A DNA stretch of 64,000 nucleotides from Candidatus Bathyarchaeota archaeon (GTDB lineage Archaea; Thermoproteota; Bathyarchaeia; Bathyarchaeales; Bathycorpusculaceae). The translations under genes and the position numbers were made by a program. Where the stretch lies: assembly GCA_963780185.1 (NCBI GenBank), contig CAWABA010000009.1:64001-128000 (forward strand), read 5' to 3'. Of this stretch, positions 40,680 to 50,021 are shown piece by piece (within the stretch, counting starts at the first letter, position 1; each line of letters starts with the position of its first letter). The notes under the pieces are model-generated. The model was not told the origin of the DNA, did no database searches, and saw only the letters and a list, made by a program, of their open reading frames with translations.

Positions 40680-40824
40680 AATGAACGAAAAGAAAGGTAA
40701 ACTGAAAATAACGATTGAGGTTGAGGTAAACGAGGAACTGTTGGGTTTAGCTAAGGATGCGATGGAGAAGATGCCGATGAGGATGCAGGAAATGTGGAAG
40801 ATGCACGGCGAAAAGAAAGAGTAA
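40672..40824 (+). CDS. Small Met-rich hypothetical protein (50 aa; not in ORF track)
   Basis: GGAGGTGG SD; MTEMNEKKGKLKITIEVEVNEELLGLAKDAMEKMPMRMQEMWKMHGEKKE*; T-tract follows. Confidence 0.65.
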   Translation: MTEMNEKKGKLKITIEVEVNEELLGLAKDAMEKMPMRMQEMWKMHGEKKE

Positions 40825-40928
40825 ACGTCGCAAGCCTCAGGATGAGTCAGGTTTCTTTTTTTCCTTATTTTTGAAAATAAAAAATTCAGCCTGTTTTTAA
40901 GGCTTGGTAACAATTAGCGAACCAAAAA

Positions 40929-41231
40929 TTACTGTTCACTTGCTGTGTCAAAGACCTGAGATATCAAATCATCCCGTATATGGTTCGTTTCAGCCTCAGC
41001 TTTCGCGGAGTTTCTTGCCTTTGATCTGTGCATGTCAACATGGGTTTCAATGGCTTCGCTCATAAGCTTGACATTTGGAATCACCACAATTTCAGCGCCA
41101 CAACTGCAGCATTTTATTACGGGCAGTTTTTCGTTAACTGATATTTTTTTGCTGACGGTGCGGATTGGCAATTTCTCTACCTCGTTTTTCTGTTCGATTA
41201 CCCTCTCCACCGTATAAAGGTTTATTTCCAA
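40929..41231 (-). CDS. Hypothetical C2H2-like Zn-binding protein
   Basis: CCSCGAEI...AIETHVDMH. Confidence 0.65.
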   Translation of the reverse strand: MEINLYTVERVIEQKNEVEKLPIRTVSKKISVNEKLPVIKCCSCGAEIVVIPNVKLMSEAIETHVDMHRSKARNSAKAEAETNHIRDDLISQVFDTASEQ

Positions 41232-41420
41232 ATCGCATTATTCCCAAAGCAATACTTTTGGCGACTGAAAAATTGAATATTCACGATTTTCGCCCTCATT
41301 TTAAAATAATTTAATGGTTTTAGACTCTAAAATTTTTTAAGTATATTTTTTGCATGGGCGTTTTTTCTAGTTGAAGAAAACATTTTTTTACCTTAGACGC
41401 CAATTTTTATTGGGATTAAA

Positions 41421-41717
41421 ATGAAGTTTTTGGTTATTCAGAAGGTTAAACACCAGGTTCCTATCGAGAAATGGGCGAAGCTGCTTCCGTTACAGTTCAA
41501 ATACTTTGATAAGTTGGAAAAAGAAAAGACGCTTGAAGTGTACTATCACCTTATCGGCCAACAGGGCAGCATGTGCGTGATCAACGTTGACTCGGATGAG
41601 AAGCTTTCAAAAATCATAGGTCAAGACCCAATGTTTTTTGAAAGCGAACGCGAAATCTACCCGCTTACAACAAGGCAAACGCATGAGAAACAAATAAGAG
41701 AGCTTCTGCAGCCATAA
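41421..41717 (+). CDS. Muconolactone-isomerase-like dimeric alpha/beta barrel protein
   Basis: MKFLV...G..G...INVDSDEKL......P......EIYPL pattern. Confidence 0.65.
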   Translation: MKFLVIQKVKHQVPIEKWAKLLPLQFKYFDKLEKEKTLEVYYHLIGQQGSMCVINVDSDEKLSKIIGQDPMFFESEREIYPLTTRQTHEKQIRELLQP

Positions 41718-41735
41718 CAAGTAAGGTATCGAGTT

Positions 41736-42296
41736 ATGTCTTGTCACGGAGGTTTCAGCCTAGATGAAGCAACGAGGCGCACATGGTACAACCCAGAGGC
41801 TATACTGCAAGATTTAGGTCCAGGCATGGTTTTTGTGGATGTGGGCTGCGGCGACGGCTTCTTCAGCATTTTGGCAGCCAAGAAGGTAGGTCCAAAAGGC
41901 AAAGTTTACGCCGTAGACTCAGACGCTTCAGCCATTGCAAAACTCAACCGCAAAGCCCAAGCAGAAGGGCTAAAAAACATTAGCAGCAGAGTCGGCTCGG
42001 CTGAGGAAACATTTTTCTGCGTCGGCTGCGCTGATTTTGTTTTCTTCAGCATGGTGCTTCATGACTTCGCTGACCCAGCTAGGGTGCTGCAGAACGCCCG
42101 AAAAATGATTAAACCAAATGGGACACTGTTTGATTTAGACTGGAAAAAACAGGAGACGCCTTTTGGTCCGCCCTTCCAAATCAGGTTCAGCGAAACATAC
42201 GCTTCAAGCCTAATCCATGCTGCAGGCTTCCGAGTTAACGGCGTCAGAGCAGTTGGAAACTACCATTACGTTCTAACAGCTGAGCCCGTGCTTTAA
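41736..42296 (+). CDS. Class I SAM-dependent methyltransferase
   Basis: VDVGCGDG, VYAVD, VLHD, KPNG...DWKK...GPP. Confidence 0.92.
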   Translation: MSCHGGFSLDEATRRTWYNPEAILQDLGPGMVFVDVGCGDGFFSILAAKKVGPKGKVYAVDSDASAIAKLNRKAQAEGLKNISSRVGSAEETFFCVGCADFVFFSMVLHDFADPARVLQNARKMIKPNGTLFDLDWKKQETPFGPPFQIRFSETYASSLIHAAGFRVNGVRAVGNYHYVLTAEPVL

Positions 42297-42299
42297 GAA

Positions 42300-42905
42300 T
42301 CAACTTTTTTCTGCGGCGGCGTAAAGCTCGAGGAGGTCCTGTTTGAAGAGTTCAGGCTGGTTTAGGTATGCTGAATGCGACGCATCCTTGTAAACTAAGA
42401 GTTTACCTTTAGGCAGTTTGCCAGCTAAGGTTCTCATCTCTTCCCCTGAAACAACATTGTCCTGTGAACCCCAAATTATCCTGACGGGAAACCTGAATTT
42501 TGGGTAAGATGCAACCAAATCTTCTATGAGTGCGTGTGCGGGTGAAACCAGAAGTAGCCCTTTTACGGGAAACTTTGAGGCGTACATCAAAGCTATGTAG
42601 CCGCCTAAGCTGGCGCCAACCAACACAGGCACAGCGGAGCCGAAAACGCCCTGAATTGCCTCCGACAAAACCTGGACGTTTGTCTCTGGGTTTCTGTTTT
42701 TCGGTTGGCAACTGCTTTTTAACCCGTAAGGCATGTCCAAAGCCAAAAAAGGCATATGTTTTTCAGCCAGCAGGTTCGTTGCGCCGATGCGTTGCCAAAC
42801 GTTGGCTGTGTAGGATAAGCCGTGTAGGAAAACAACTGGGACGCCGGGTACGTTATGAATTATTGCTTGGCAGTTGTGTCCAGCCAGGGTTAATGTTTTT
42901 TCCAT
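42300..42905 (-). CDS. Alpha/beta hydrolase (ABHD14-like)
   Basis: FLHG, GASLGG, WGSQD, H.AY. Confidence 0.9.
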   Translation of the reverse strand: MEKTLTLAGHNCQAIIHNVPGVPVVFLHGLSYTANVWQRIGATNLLAEKHMPFLALDMPYGLKSSCQPKNRNPETNVQVLSEAIQGVFGSAVPVLVGASLGGYIALMYASKFPVKGLLLVSPAHALIEDLVASYPKFRFPVRIIWGSQDNVVSGEEMRTLAGKLPKGKLLVYKDASHSAYLNQPELFKQDLLELYAAAEKS

Positions 42906-43001
42906 AAACGAAAGTATGTTTGGTTTCTTATACGTTTGACTCCCCCGTTTGGGTCGCGAAAAGAATAATAGTCTTCAGAGTATCTTTTTGTCGGTGACAT
43001 T

Positions 43002-43478
43002 TTGACGGTTAAAGTTGGCGATAAAGCGCCTGATTTCACTTTGCCTTCACAGATAGGTGATAACGTGACGCTTTCAGAGTACATAGGCAAAAAGAACATT
43101 GTGTTGTATTTTTACCCGAAAGACGAAACCGCTGGTTGCACCGCAGAGGCTTGCAGTTTTCGGGACAGTTATGATGAGTTGGCAAGCTTGGGCGCTGAGG
43201 TTTTGGGGGTAAGCGGGCAAAGTGTTGCGTCGCACAAATCCTTTGCAACACATTACGGTTTGCCTTTTATCTTGCTCAGCGACGAGGATAACAAGGTACG
43301 CAAGCTTTACGATGTCCCATCCACCATGGGTCTCATCCCGGGAAGGGTCACCTACATAATTGACAAGAAAGGCGTGGTTAGGCACATTTTTAATTCCCAG
43401 ACTCAAACCCGACAGCACGTCGAGGAAGCCAAGGCGACGCTGAAAGAACTCGAAAAAGAACAGCAAGCCACTGGCTAG
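43002..43478 (+). CDS. bcp: Peroxiredoxin, BCP/PrxQ type
   Basis: YFYPKDETAGCTAEACSFRD, RVTYIID. Confidence 0.93.
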   Translation: MTVKVGDKAPDFTLPSQIGDNVTLSEYIGKKNIVLYFYPKDETAGCTAEACSFRDSYDELASLGAEVLGVSGQSVASHKSFATHYGLPFILLSDEDNKVRKLYDVPSTMGLIPGRVTYIIDKKGVVRHIFNSQTQTRQHVEEAKATLKELEKEQQATG

Positions 43479-43486
43479 CGTAGGAC

Positions 43487-44728
43487 GTGCGCATGCTCAA
43501 TTTATATAATTCTCTTACGCGGAAAATTGAGGCTTTTCAGCCTGCAGAGGACATGCAGGTTAAGATGTACACTTGCGGTCCATCGACCTACCAGAGGGCT
43601 CACATCGGGAACTACCGCACCTTCCTCTTCGAAGACATACTGCAGCGTTACCTCGAGTACCTCGGCTACAAAGTCAAGCGGCTCATGACCTTAACCGATT
43701 TGGAAGACAAAGCCATCGCTCAAGCAAAAAAAGAAAACCTCACAGTCGAGGAAGTAACCGCAAAAAACGAAGCCGTCTTCTTCCAAGACTTCAAACTCCT
43801 AAAAATCAAAACACCCGACTACCCCGTGAGAGCTTCATCAGCCGTCGACCAAGCAGCAAAACTAATCGCCGAACTCACCGAAAAAAACTGCGTGTACTGG
43901 CACACGTATAAGGGCGCAGAAAACGCTTATTTTGACCCCCTCAAATTCGAGGGCTTCGGAAAACTAGCCCATTTGGATATGCGTAAATGGCCGAAGAAGA
44001 GGCGCCATTTCCACAAGGACACTTATCCGGGCACGCCTTGGAACATGGGTGACTTCATCGTTTGGGACGGCTGCAAAACGGGCGGTGTCTGTTATAGGAC
44101 GTCGATTGGCAGCGGCAGACCAGCATGGAACATTCAAGACGCCGCCATCGTAACCAAACATTTAGGTTTCACGGTGGACGTTGCCTGCGGAGGAATCGAC
44201 AACTTGGTACGCCACCACGACTACACCCTTGCCATCGCCGAAGCCGTCAGCGGCAAACAGTTTAGCCGATACTGGCTTCATGGAGCCCACCTGTTTGTCA
44301 ACGGCAAAAAAATGTCCAAAAGCGTCGGCAACGTCATCTACACAGACGACGTCACAAAAAAGGGCTTCACAGGAGAGCAACTCAGATTCTTCCTCATCTA
44401 TGCCCCATACAGGGAAAAACTAAACTTCACCTATGAAAAACTGGCTGAAACCAGTCGGAAACTTGGCTCCTTCAGAGACATGGTTGGGGCGGTGCAGAGG
44501 CGGCGGGAGAGCGATTCAAGTCGGGAAACAGCAGCGCTTATCGACAGTATAGTTCCCAGTTTCGAAAACGCTGTGAACAACGATTTAGGAGTAAAAGCTG
44601 CCTTCGATAGCATCTACGAAACACTCCGCAAGCTGTATGACAGCAAGGAGCAGCTAAGCGGAAAAGACTCCGAGAAACTTTTGGGTGCGCTGCGCCGGGT
44701 TGACTCTGTGTTTCAATGCCTGCTCTAA
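43487..44728 (+). CDS. Cysteinyl-tRNA synthetase paralogue lacking anticodon domain
   Basis: YTCGP, HIGN and KMSKS present; GRPAWNIQD and DNLVRHHDYT replace GRPGWHIEC and DLxFPHHENE; ends after the helical bundle. Confidence 0.88.
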   Translation: MRMLNLYNSLTRKIEAFQPAEDMQVKMYTCGPSTYQRAHIGNYRTFLFEDILQRYLEYLGYKVKRLMTLTDLEDKAIAQAKKENLTVEEVTAKNEAVFFQDFKLLKIKTPDYPVRASSAVDQAAKLIAELTEKNCVYWHTYKGAENAYFDPLKFEGFGKLAHLDMRKWPKKRRHFHKDTYPGTPWNMGDFIVWDGCKTGGVCYRTSIGSGRPAWNIQDAAIVTKHLGFTVDVACGGIDNLVRHHDYTLAIAEAVSGKQFSRYWLHGAHLFVNGKKMSKSVGNVIYTDDVTKKGFTGEQLRFFLIYAPYREKLNFTYEKLAETSRKLGSFRDMVGAVQRRRESDSSRETAALIDSIVPSFENAVNNDLGVKAAFDSIYETLRKLYDSKEQLSGKDSEKLLGALRRVDSVFQCLL

Positions 44729-44735
44729 CTTTGGT

Positions 44736-44984
44736 TTAAACTAAGTCGCCGACAAGTTTGACTCTTGCCAAGTTTTCTTCCCTGTGCGGAGCCGCTTCTA
44801 GTTCCCCGGTCAAATCCTTCCCAGCCTGATGCATTCCCAAGTGGTCTCCGTCGCTCCAAAGGCCGCTCTGCGAAACATCGTAAACTTTTCCTTTGTACGC
44901 AAGGTAGGCTGGTTTGCCGTTTTTCCCGTTGCTCTCTTCTAGTTCTTGTTTGGTTACTTTTCTTGTTTCAGCCACAAAAATCAC
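44736..44984 (-). CDS. Cytochrome b5-like heme/steroid-binding protein
   Basis: GKVYDVS.S.LW..G.H...H.AGKDLT......PH. Confidence 0.9.
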   Translation of the reverse strand: MIFVAETRKVTKQELEESNGKNGKPAYLAYKGKVYDVSQSGLWSDGDHLGMHQAGKDLTGELEAAPHREENLARVKLVGDLV

Positions 44985-45039
44985 TTCTTACGACTTGAAA
45001 TTGAAAACAACCATTTTAATAATGTTTACGGACTAGCCC

Positions 45040-45471
45040 TCAAAATGGTGACGGCGGCAAACGGTTACTTGGCTGCACCAAAGACATCAAAGCCGCGGAG
45101 AAACCCGCTTTGCCAAAAAGGTCGGTGGCTGGAACTTTGATTTGCCCTTTTCCCTCTAAAACCCCAAAACTGAAGGTGTTAAACTGTGAGTTGTTCGAAC
45201 CGTTTGCATGGTTCGTGTTAATTAGGTTAAAGGCTCCGAAAACCAAGATGCTGACAATCACAATCAATACGACAACTGCAATTGCGATTAAGACGATTTC
45301 GAGGTTTGAAAGCAGCTTTTTCGAGGCGGGTTTCACTGAAGGCAACAAAGGAACATATGTACCCACTGGAGCAAACGTCGCTGTTTGAGCTCCGCATCTG
45401 TGGCAGAAACGTGCGTTTTCCCAAAGTTGAGCGCCGCATCTTCGACAATAAGGCACTATTTGAAACCTCAA
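45040..45471 (-). CDS. Zinc-ribbon membrane protein
   Basis: YCRRCG...ARFCHRCG plus one TM; start uncertain. Confidence 0.7.
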   Translation of the reverse strand: MRFQIVPYCRRCGAQLWENARFCHRCGAQTATFAPVGTYVPLLPSVKPASKKLLSNLEIVLIAIAVVVLIVIVSILVFGAFNLINTNHANGSNNSQFNTFSFGVLEGKGQIKVPATDLFGKAGFSAALMSLVQPSNRLPPSPF

Positions 45472-45615
45472 CCATTGGTAGGGCTTGAAAAATTTAAGTC
45501 TTGTTCAGTTCGGCGGAAAATCGGATGTTGCAAAATTATAAATACAACTTTAGGCGAAGCGGGAAGCAGTCAAGAACCCTAAATGCTGTGAATGTTTGCA
45601 TGCTTGATTCACCTT

Positions 45616-46161
45616 TTAGGTTTTATCCTTTTTAGAGCCTTCATCTATACTTTTCTTGAAGAGGGCTTTATCGATGGTTCTTGCGTCCAAATTGTGTTTT
45701 GCCGCGGTTTTTCTGAGCGCAGCAAGGAATTTGATGTAGTTTTGAGGTGTGAAAAGACCCGGGGGCGGATTGCCAAGCAGACCTTTCCAGACTCTTAACT
45801 CAAAAACGCCGTATTGGCGGGGGTCAAAAAAAGTTAAAATTATGCTTGCAATAACGGGGCTGACGCCTTCTAAGGTTGTTAGGCAGCTAATTTTGTAGTT
45901 GTCGTCGCCTTGCGGCAGGTTGAAGGCTTGGCTGGATATGCGGCTGACTTTTTCTTCGGTGTTCCTAGCGACCAGTTCTTTGAGGTGGTCCAGCTTTTCG
46001 GGCTCTTCTTTGAACCTCCACTCGACAACTTGAGTCAGGTCGGCGACTGTTAGAACTTTTTGTTTTCGAAATTTGGCGCCTAACTCTCGTTCCCGCTGGG
46101 CTAGCCACCCATAAGATTTGTCGTATTTTCGGCTCCAAGTAAGGTATTCAGGCTTATCCAT
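45616..46161 (-). CDS. Hypothetical HhH-like protein
   Basis: VVEWR...LTTLEGVSPVIASIILTFFDP...R.IDKALF. Confidence 0.7.
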   Translation of the reverse strand: MDKPEYLTWSRKYDKSYGWLAQRERELGAKFRKQKVLTVADLTQVVEWRFKEEPEKLDHLKELVARNTEEKVSRISSQAFNLPQGDDNYKISCLTTLEGVSPVIASIILTFFDPRQYGVFELRVWKGLLGNPPPGLFTPQNYIKFLAALRKTAAKHNLDARTIDKALFKKSIDEGSKKDKT

Positions 46162-46248
46162 AAAGTTCAGCTTTCATACCTAAGGTAACCGACACATTTC
46201 TGTATTTCCTAACTAAAACTAAAAAATATAATGTAAAATAAAGAAGGG

Positions 46249-46374
46249 TTAGTTTTGGTCTACCAGATGCGCTGTTCCATCTGGGCAGTATACTTTCTCG
46301 TCTTTGTTTACGCGCCTGTAGCGTTCACTGCACATATGCAGCATCTCGCAACCGTCGCAATCTCTACTCAGCAT
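46249..46374 (-). CDS. Cys-rich microprotein (41 aa; not in ORF track)
   Basis: GGAGG SD; MLSRDCDGCEMLHMCSERYRRVNKDEKVYCPDGTAHLVDQN*; T-rich tract downstream, CTTATAAG upstream. Confidence 0.65.
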   Translation of the reverse strand: MLSRDCDGCEMLHMCSERYRRVNKDEKVYCPDGTAHLVDQN

Positions 46375-46434
46375 TTTTTCGCCTCCGTTGGGACTTTTCA
46401 ACATGTTGCCGTTCGCTTATAAGACTATGTAACA

Positions 46435-46452
46435 TGTATGTATATACATACA
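46435..46452. promoter_or_regulatory. Perfect 18-bp palindrome TGTATGTATATACATACA
   Basis: About 12 bp upstream of the TATA-like CTTATAAG of the microprotein gene. Confidence 0.55.
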
Positions 46453-46958
46453 AGAGCCTAGTCGCGGCGTTTATTTCGCAGGGAACATGTTTTGTAAGCA
46501 ATGCAATCCTCCGAGCAGGAGAAGGCTTTGTTGGTTTGGCAATCCAAAATAATCGTTTTGTACAAGCTTAAGCCCCCTCGCCTGAGATAGCTCTTGTTTG
46601 GGGTTGCACGCGCGAGCTTTCAGGTGCCGTTAACTTGAATTGCAAGGTGGACACGCTTGAACTTGACGATTTTAGGCTTGCTAAATCCAACATGCCGTTT
46701 CATCCCGTTTTTGGTTTTGCTCTGAAACCAGATAGACTGCCTGCGGATATAAACCGATTTGAGAAACGTTCATAATAATTGTGAAAACTTGCGCAAACGT
46801 CTAACACTATCTCCATAATACGTGCAGACAGGTTATTTTTATAGAAATAACTGCAATTTTGAATAGAACTTGGCGCCTGTGGGGGTATCCGTATTTATTG
46901 GCAATCATGATTGCCGCTTAACAAGGCTTATAGTTACTTTTGTAGAGAAATCCGAGGC

Positions 46959-49640
46959 ATGGCAAAAGCGCAGGCGAAGCAGGAAGAGGTTTTGCCCCAA
47001 GTTACTGTTCTGCCTCAAATAGACGTCGATTTAGTTTGCGGCGGCAAGGAAAAAGAGGAAAAAACATTACGCATCCTCCACGTCGACGATGACGTTTCCT
47101 TCTCAGGAGTTTCCAAAAACATTCTATCACTGCTGAGCAATTTTCAAGTTGACACCGCCGAATCAGTTGAAGAAGCACTGAGAAAAATGGGTTCCAATTC
47201 ATACGACGCCGTTGTGTCTGACTACGAAATGCCCAACAAAAACGGGTTAGAGTTTCTGACCGAGCTCAGAGCCCAAAAAATAGATGTTCCCTTCTTACTT
47301 TTAACTGGAAAAGGGAGAGAAGAAATCGCCATTGAAGCATTAAACCTCGGCGCCGACGGCTACGTGAGCAAACACGGAAACCCTGAGACAGTTTACGGCG
47401 AACTCGCCCACTACGTTCGACAGGCCGTTGAGAGAAAACAGGCGAAAACCGCTCTAAACCACAGCGAAAAACAATTAGAAGCTATAATCATGTATGCTCC
47501 GATGGGAATTTCCGTGTCATATCCACCCAACGGATTTCTTGACAATGCAAATGAGGCATTTTGCAAAATACTCGGCTATAGCAGAGATGAGTTGCGAAAA
47601 TTAACTTTCAAGGACGTCACTTATCCTGAAGACCTACCTGAAAGTTTGGCGAAAATGGCCGAGCTTCGAACTGGAAAAATTCCAGCGTTCAGATTAGAAA
47701 AAAGATACCTGAGAAAAGACGGCGGCATAATTTATGGAAGAGTCAACGTAAGCACTGTTCGAGATGCGCACAGCGCGAAACCTCTTTTCATGGTTCAACT
47801 TGAGGACATCACCGAACGCAAGAAAGCTGAGTTTGCCCTCAAAGAAAGCGAGGAAAAATACAAGACACTGTTTGAACAAGCTGGCGATTACATCTTAATC
47901 TTTGAAGTTCAACCAACAGGCGTTCCCACAATCTACGACGCTAACGAAGCCGCATTGCAAACCCATGGCTACTCCAGACAAGAAGTCATTGGCAAACCTA
48001 TCACTTTTATAGATAAAGAGGACAACGGCAAACGAGTGATGAAAGAACTAAATAGGCTTCATAATGGTGAAAAATTTGCATTCTCAACAAAACATCAATG
48101 CAAAGATGGCTCAAAAATTGATGTTGATGTTTCAATCAAGAAAATAAAAATTGGCTCGAAGTATTTTTTTGTGTCAGTTGAACGTGACATTACCGAACGC
48201 AAGAAAATGGAAGATACCTTCAGGCAGGACCGGGAAATGCTTGAGGCAATTACGGAGAACCTTGGCGTAGGCTTTGGTATTATCAGCAAAGACTATCGTG
48301 TGATGTGGGTCAACAGGTTCATAAAAAATAACGTGGGCAACGTAGAGGGAAAGCAGTGCTATTCGTCGCTTAACACCTTAGACCACATTTGCCCAGATTG
48401 TGGAGTAAGAAAAGTCTTCGAAGAGGGCGTAGAGAAGGACTCTCATGAATATACCCAAATTGGCATTGATGGCAAACCATATTATGTCGAACTTATTGCC
48501 ACCCCGCTTAAGGATAAAGATGGAAACGTAACGGCGGCGTTGGAATTTGTCGTAGACATAGCAGAGAAAAAACAACGAGAAAAAGACCTTCGCGAAAACA
48601 GAGAAGAATTCAAAGCCCTATTCAATTCCATCCCTCAAGCCGTAGCCTATTCTGACGAAAACTACTGCATCATTAGCATTAATCCAAAATTTACCGAAAC
48701 TTTCGGGTTTACGCCAGACGAAGTCTACGGCAAGAACTTAACAGACCTTCTTGTTCCTGAAAACCTAAAACAGGAAATGAACGCCTACCTCGAAAAAAGC
48801 AGCACCCACGAAATAAGTTTCCAAACAAAAAGAAAACGTAAAGACGGTTCCACGCTGCAAGTTTTCATCTCTTTAGCGTCAGTCACCGTCGGCGAGAAAC
48901 GGATAGGAACCGTGACAGTTTACACGGATATGACGGACCATGTTGCTTCAGAAGCAAAGATCGAAGCGGCATTAAAACAATCAGAAATTTTAAACGAAAA
49001 ACTCAGCGTAATCGGAAGCTTCACTCGGCACGACGTCCGAAACAAACTCATGACCATAGAGGGAAACGCTTACTTAGCCAAGAAACAGGCATGCAACAAC
49101 GAGCAAACAAATCATTACCTTGACCAGATACGCTTAGCGACTACTAGCATAAGCCGAATCCTAGATTTCGCCAAAAACTACGAATCACTAGGAAGCGAAC
49201 GACGCACCCAGATAGATGTTGGAAAAGCAATAACCCAAGCGGCATCACTTTTCAGCGGGCTCAAAGGCGCCCAACTTATTAACGAATGCGAAGGCTTCAG
49301 TATTTTAGCTGACTCGATGCTGACAACCGTGTTCCATAACTTAATCGACAACTCGCTCAAATACGGCAAAAACCTGACAAAAATAAGAATCTACCATGAG
49401 CAAGAAGAAGACGGCTCCAAAAGCATCATCTACGAAGATGACGGAGGCGGCATAAGTGAAGAAGACAAGACGCATTTGTTTAAGAAAGGTTTCGGGCAGG
49501 GCACGGGTGTTGGTCTTTACCTGATTAAAAGAACCTGCGACATTTACGGGTGGACAGTTAAAGAAACAGGTGACTTCGGCAAAGGCGTAAAATTACTATT
49601 CAGCATACCCCCAAACAATAACTCCAAAGAGAGGAAGTAA
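46959..49640 (+). CDS. Hybrid sensor histidine kinase: REC, 4 PAS domains, HisKA-HATPase
   Basis: HVDDD, SDYEMP, repeated DITERKK PAC ends, RHDVRN, NLIDNS, DDGGG, GTGVGL; start uncertain (46911 or 46959). Confidence 0.95.
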   Translation: MAKAQAKQEEVLPQVTVLPQIDVDLVCGGKEKEEKTLRILHVDDDVSFSGVSKNILSLLSNFQVDTAESVEEALRKMGSNSYDAVVSDYEMPNKNGLEFLTELRAQKIDVPFLLLTGKGREEIAIEALNLGADGYVSKHGNPETVYGELAHYVRQAVERKQAKTALNHSEKQLEAIIMYAPMGISVSYPPNGFLDNANEAFCKILGYSRDELRKLTFKDVTYPEDLPESLAKMAELRTGKIPAFRLEKRYLRKDGGIIYGRVNVSTVRDAHSAKPLFMVQLEDITERKKAEFALKESEEKYKTLFEQAGDYILIFEVQPTGVPTIYDANEAALQTHGYSRQEVIGKPITFIDKEDNGKRVMKELNRLHNGEKFAFSTKHQCKDGSKIDVDVSIKKIKIGSKYFFVSVERDITERKKMEDTFRQDREMLEAITENLGVGFGIISKDYRVMWVNRFIKNNVGNVEGKQCYSSLNTLDHICPDCGVRKVFEEGVEKDSHEYTQIGIDGKPYYVELIATPLKDKDGNVTAALEFVVDIAEKKQREKDLRENREEFKALFNSIPQAVAYSDENYCIISINPKFTETFGFTPDEVYGKNLTDLLVPENLKQEMNAYLEKSSTHEISFQTKRKRKDGSTLQVFISLASVTVGEKRIGTVTVYTDMTDHVASEAKIEAALKQSEILNEKLSVIGSFTRHDVRNKLMTIEGNAYLAKKQACNNEQTNHYLDQIRLATTSISRILDFAKNYESLGSERRTQIDVGKAITQAASLFSGLKGAQLINECEGFSILADSMLTTVFHNLIDNSLKYGKNLTKIRIYHEQEEDGSKSIIYEDDGGGISEEDKTHLFKKGFGQGTGVGLYLIKRTCDIYGWTVKETGDFGKGVKLLFSIPPNNNSKERK

Positions 49641-49822
49641 GCGCCTAAATCCTGAAATGATGATCTGGCACACGTGAAAAAGTAAGTCTTTTTTTAGACG
49701 TGGCTGACAACGCGGATGATTCTAAGAAAACCCAGTTTTTCGACTCTATTTGGCTCATCTAGCTGCGCCTATTTGGCTCCTATAGAAAACCGTAGGGGTA
49801 GCCGGTACGAAAAAAGAAAACC

Positions 49823-49845
49823 CGACGGGAGAGGGTCTAGTATTT
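49823..49845 (-). repeat. Short dispersed repeat C, copy 2
   Basis: CGACGGGAGAGGGTCTAGTATTT is the reverse complement of 9404-9426 (22/23). Confidence 0.75.
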
Positions 49846-50021
49846 GTGACCAGAAGCCATCACAAAAATGACGTATTTCGGCTCACAAAAACCCCAGTCC
49901 GCATATCAGTCCATATATCGATATGAAAAGTGGGTAATCAGGGGTGGGCTGGGTGAAAAGCCAAGAGCTAAATACATACAGGCCCCTAATTTGGGAACCA
50001 TAGTGAGGGAGCAGTTGCGCT

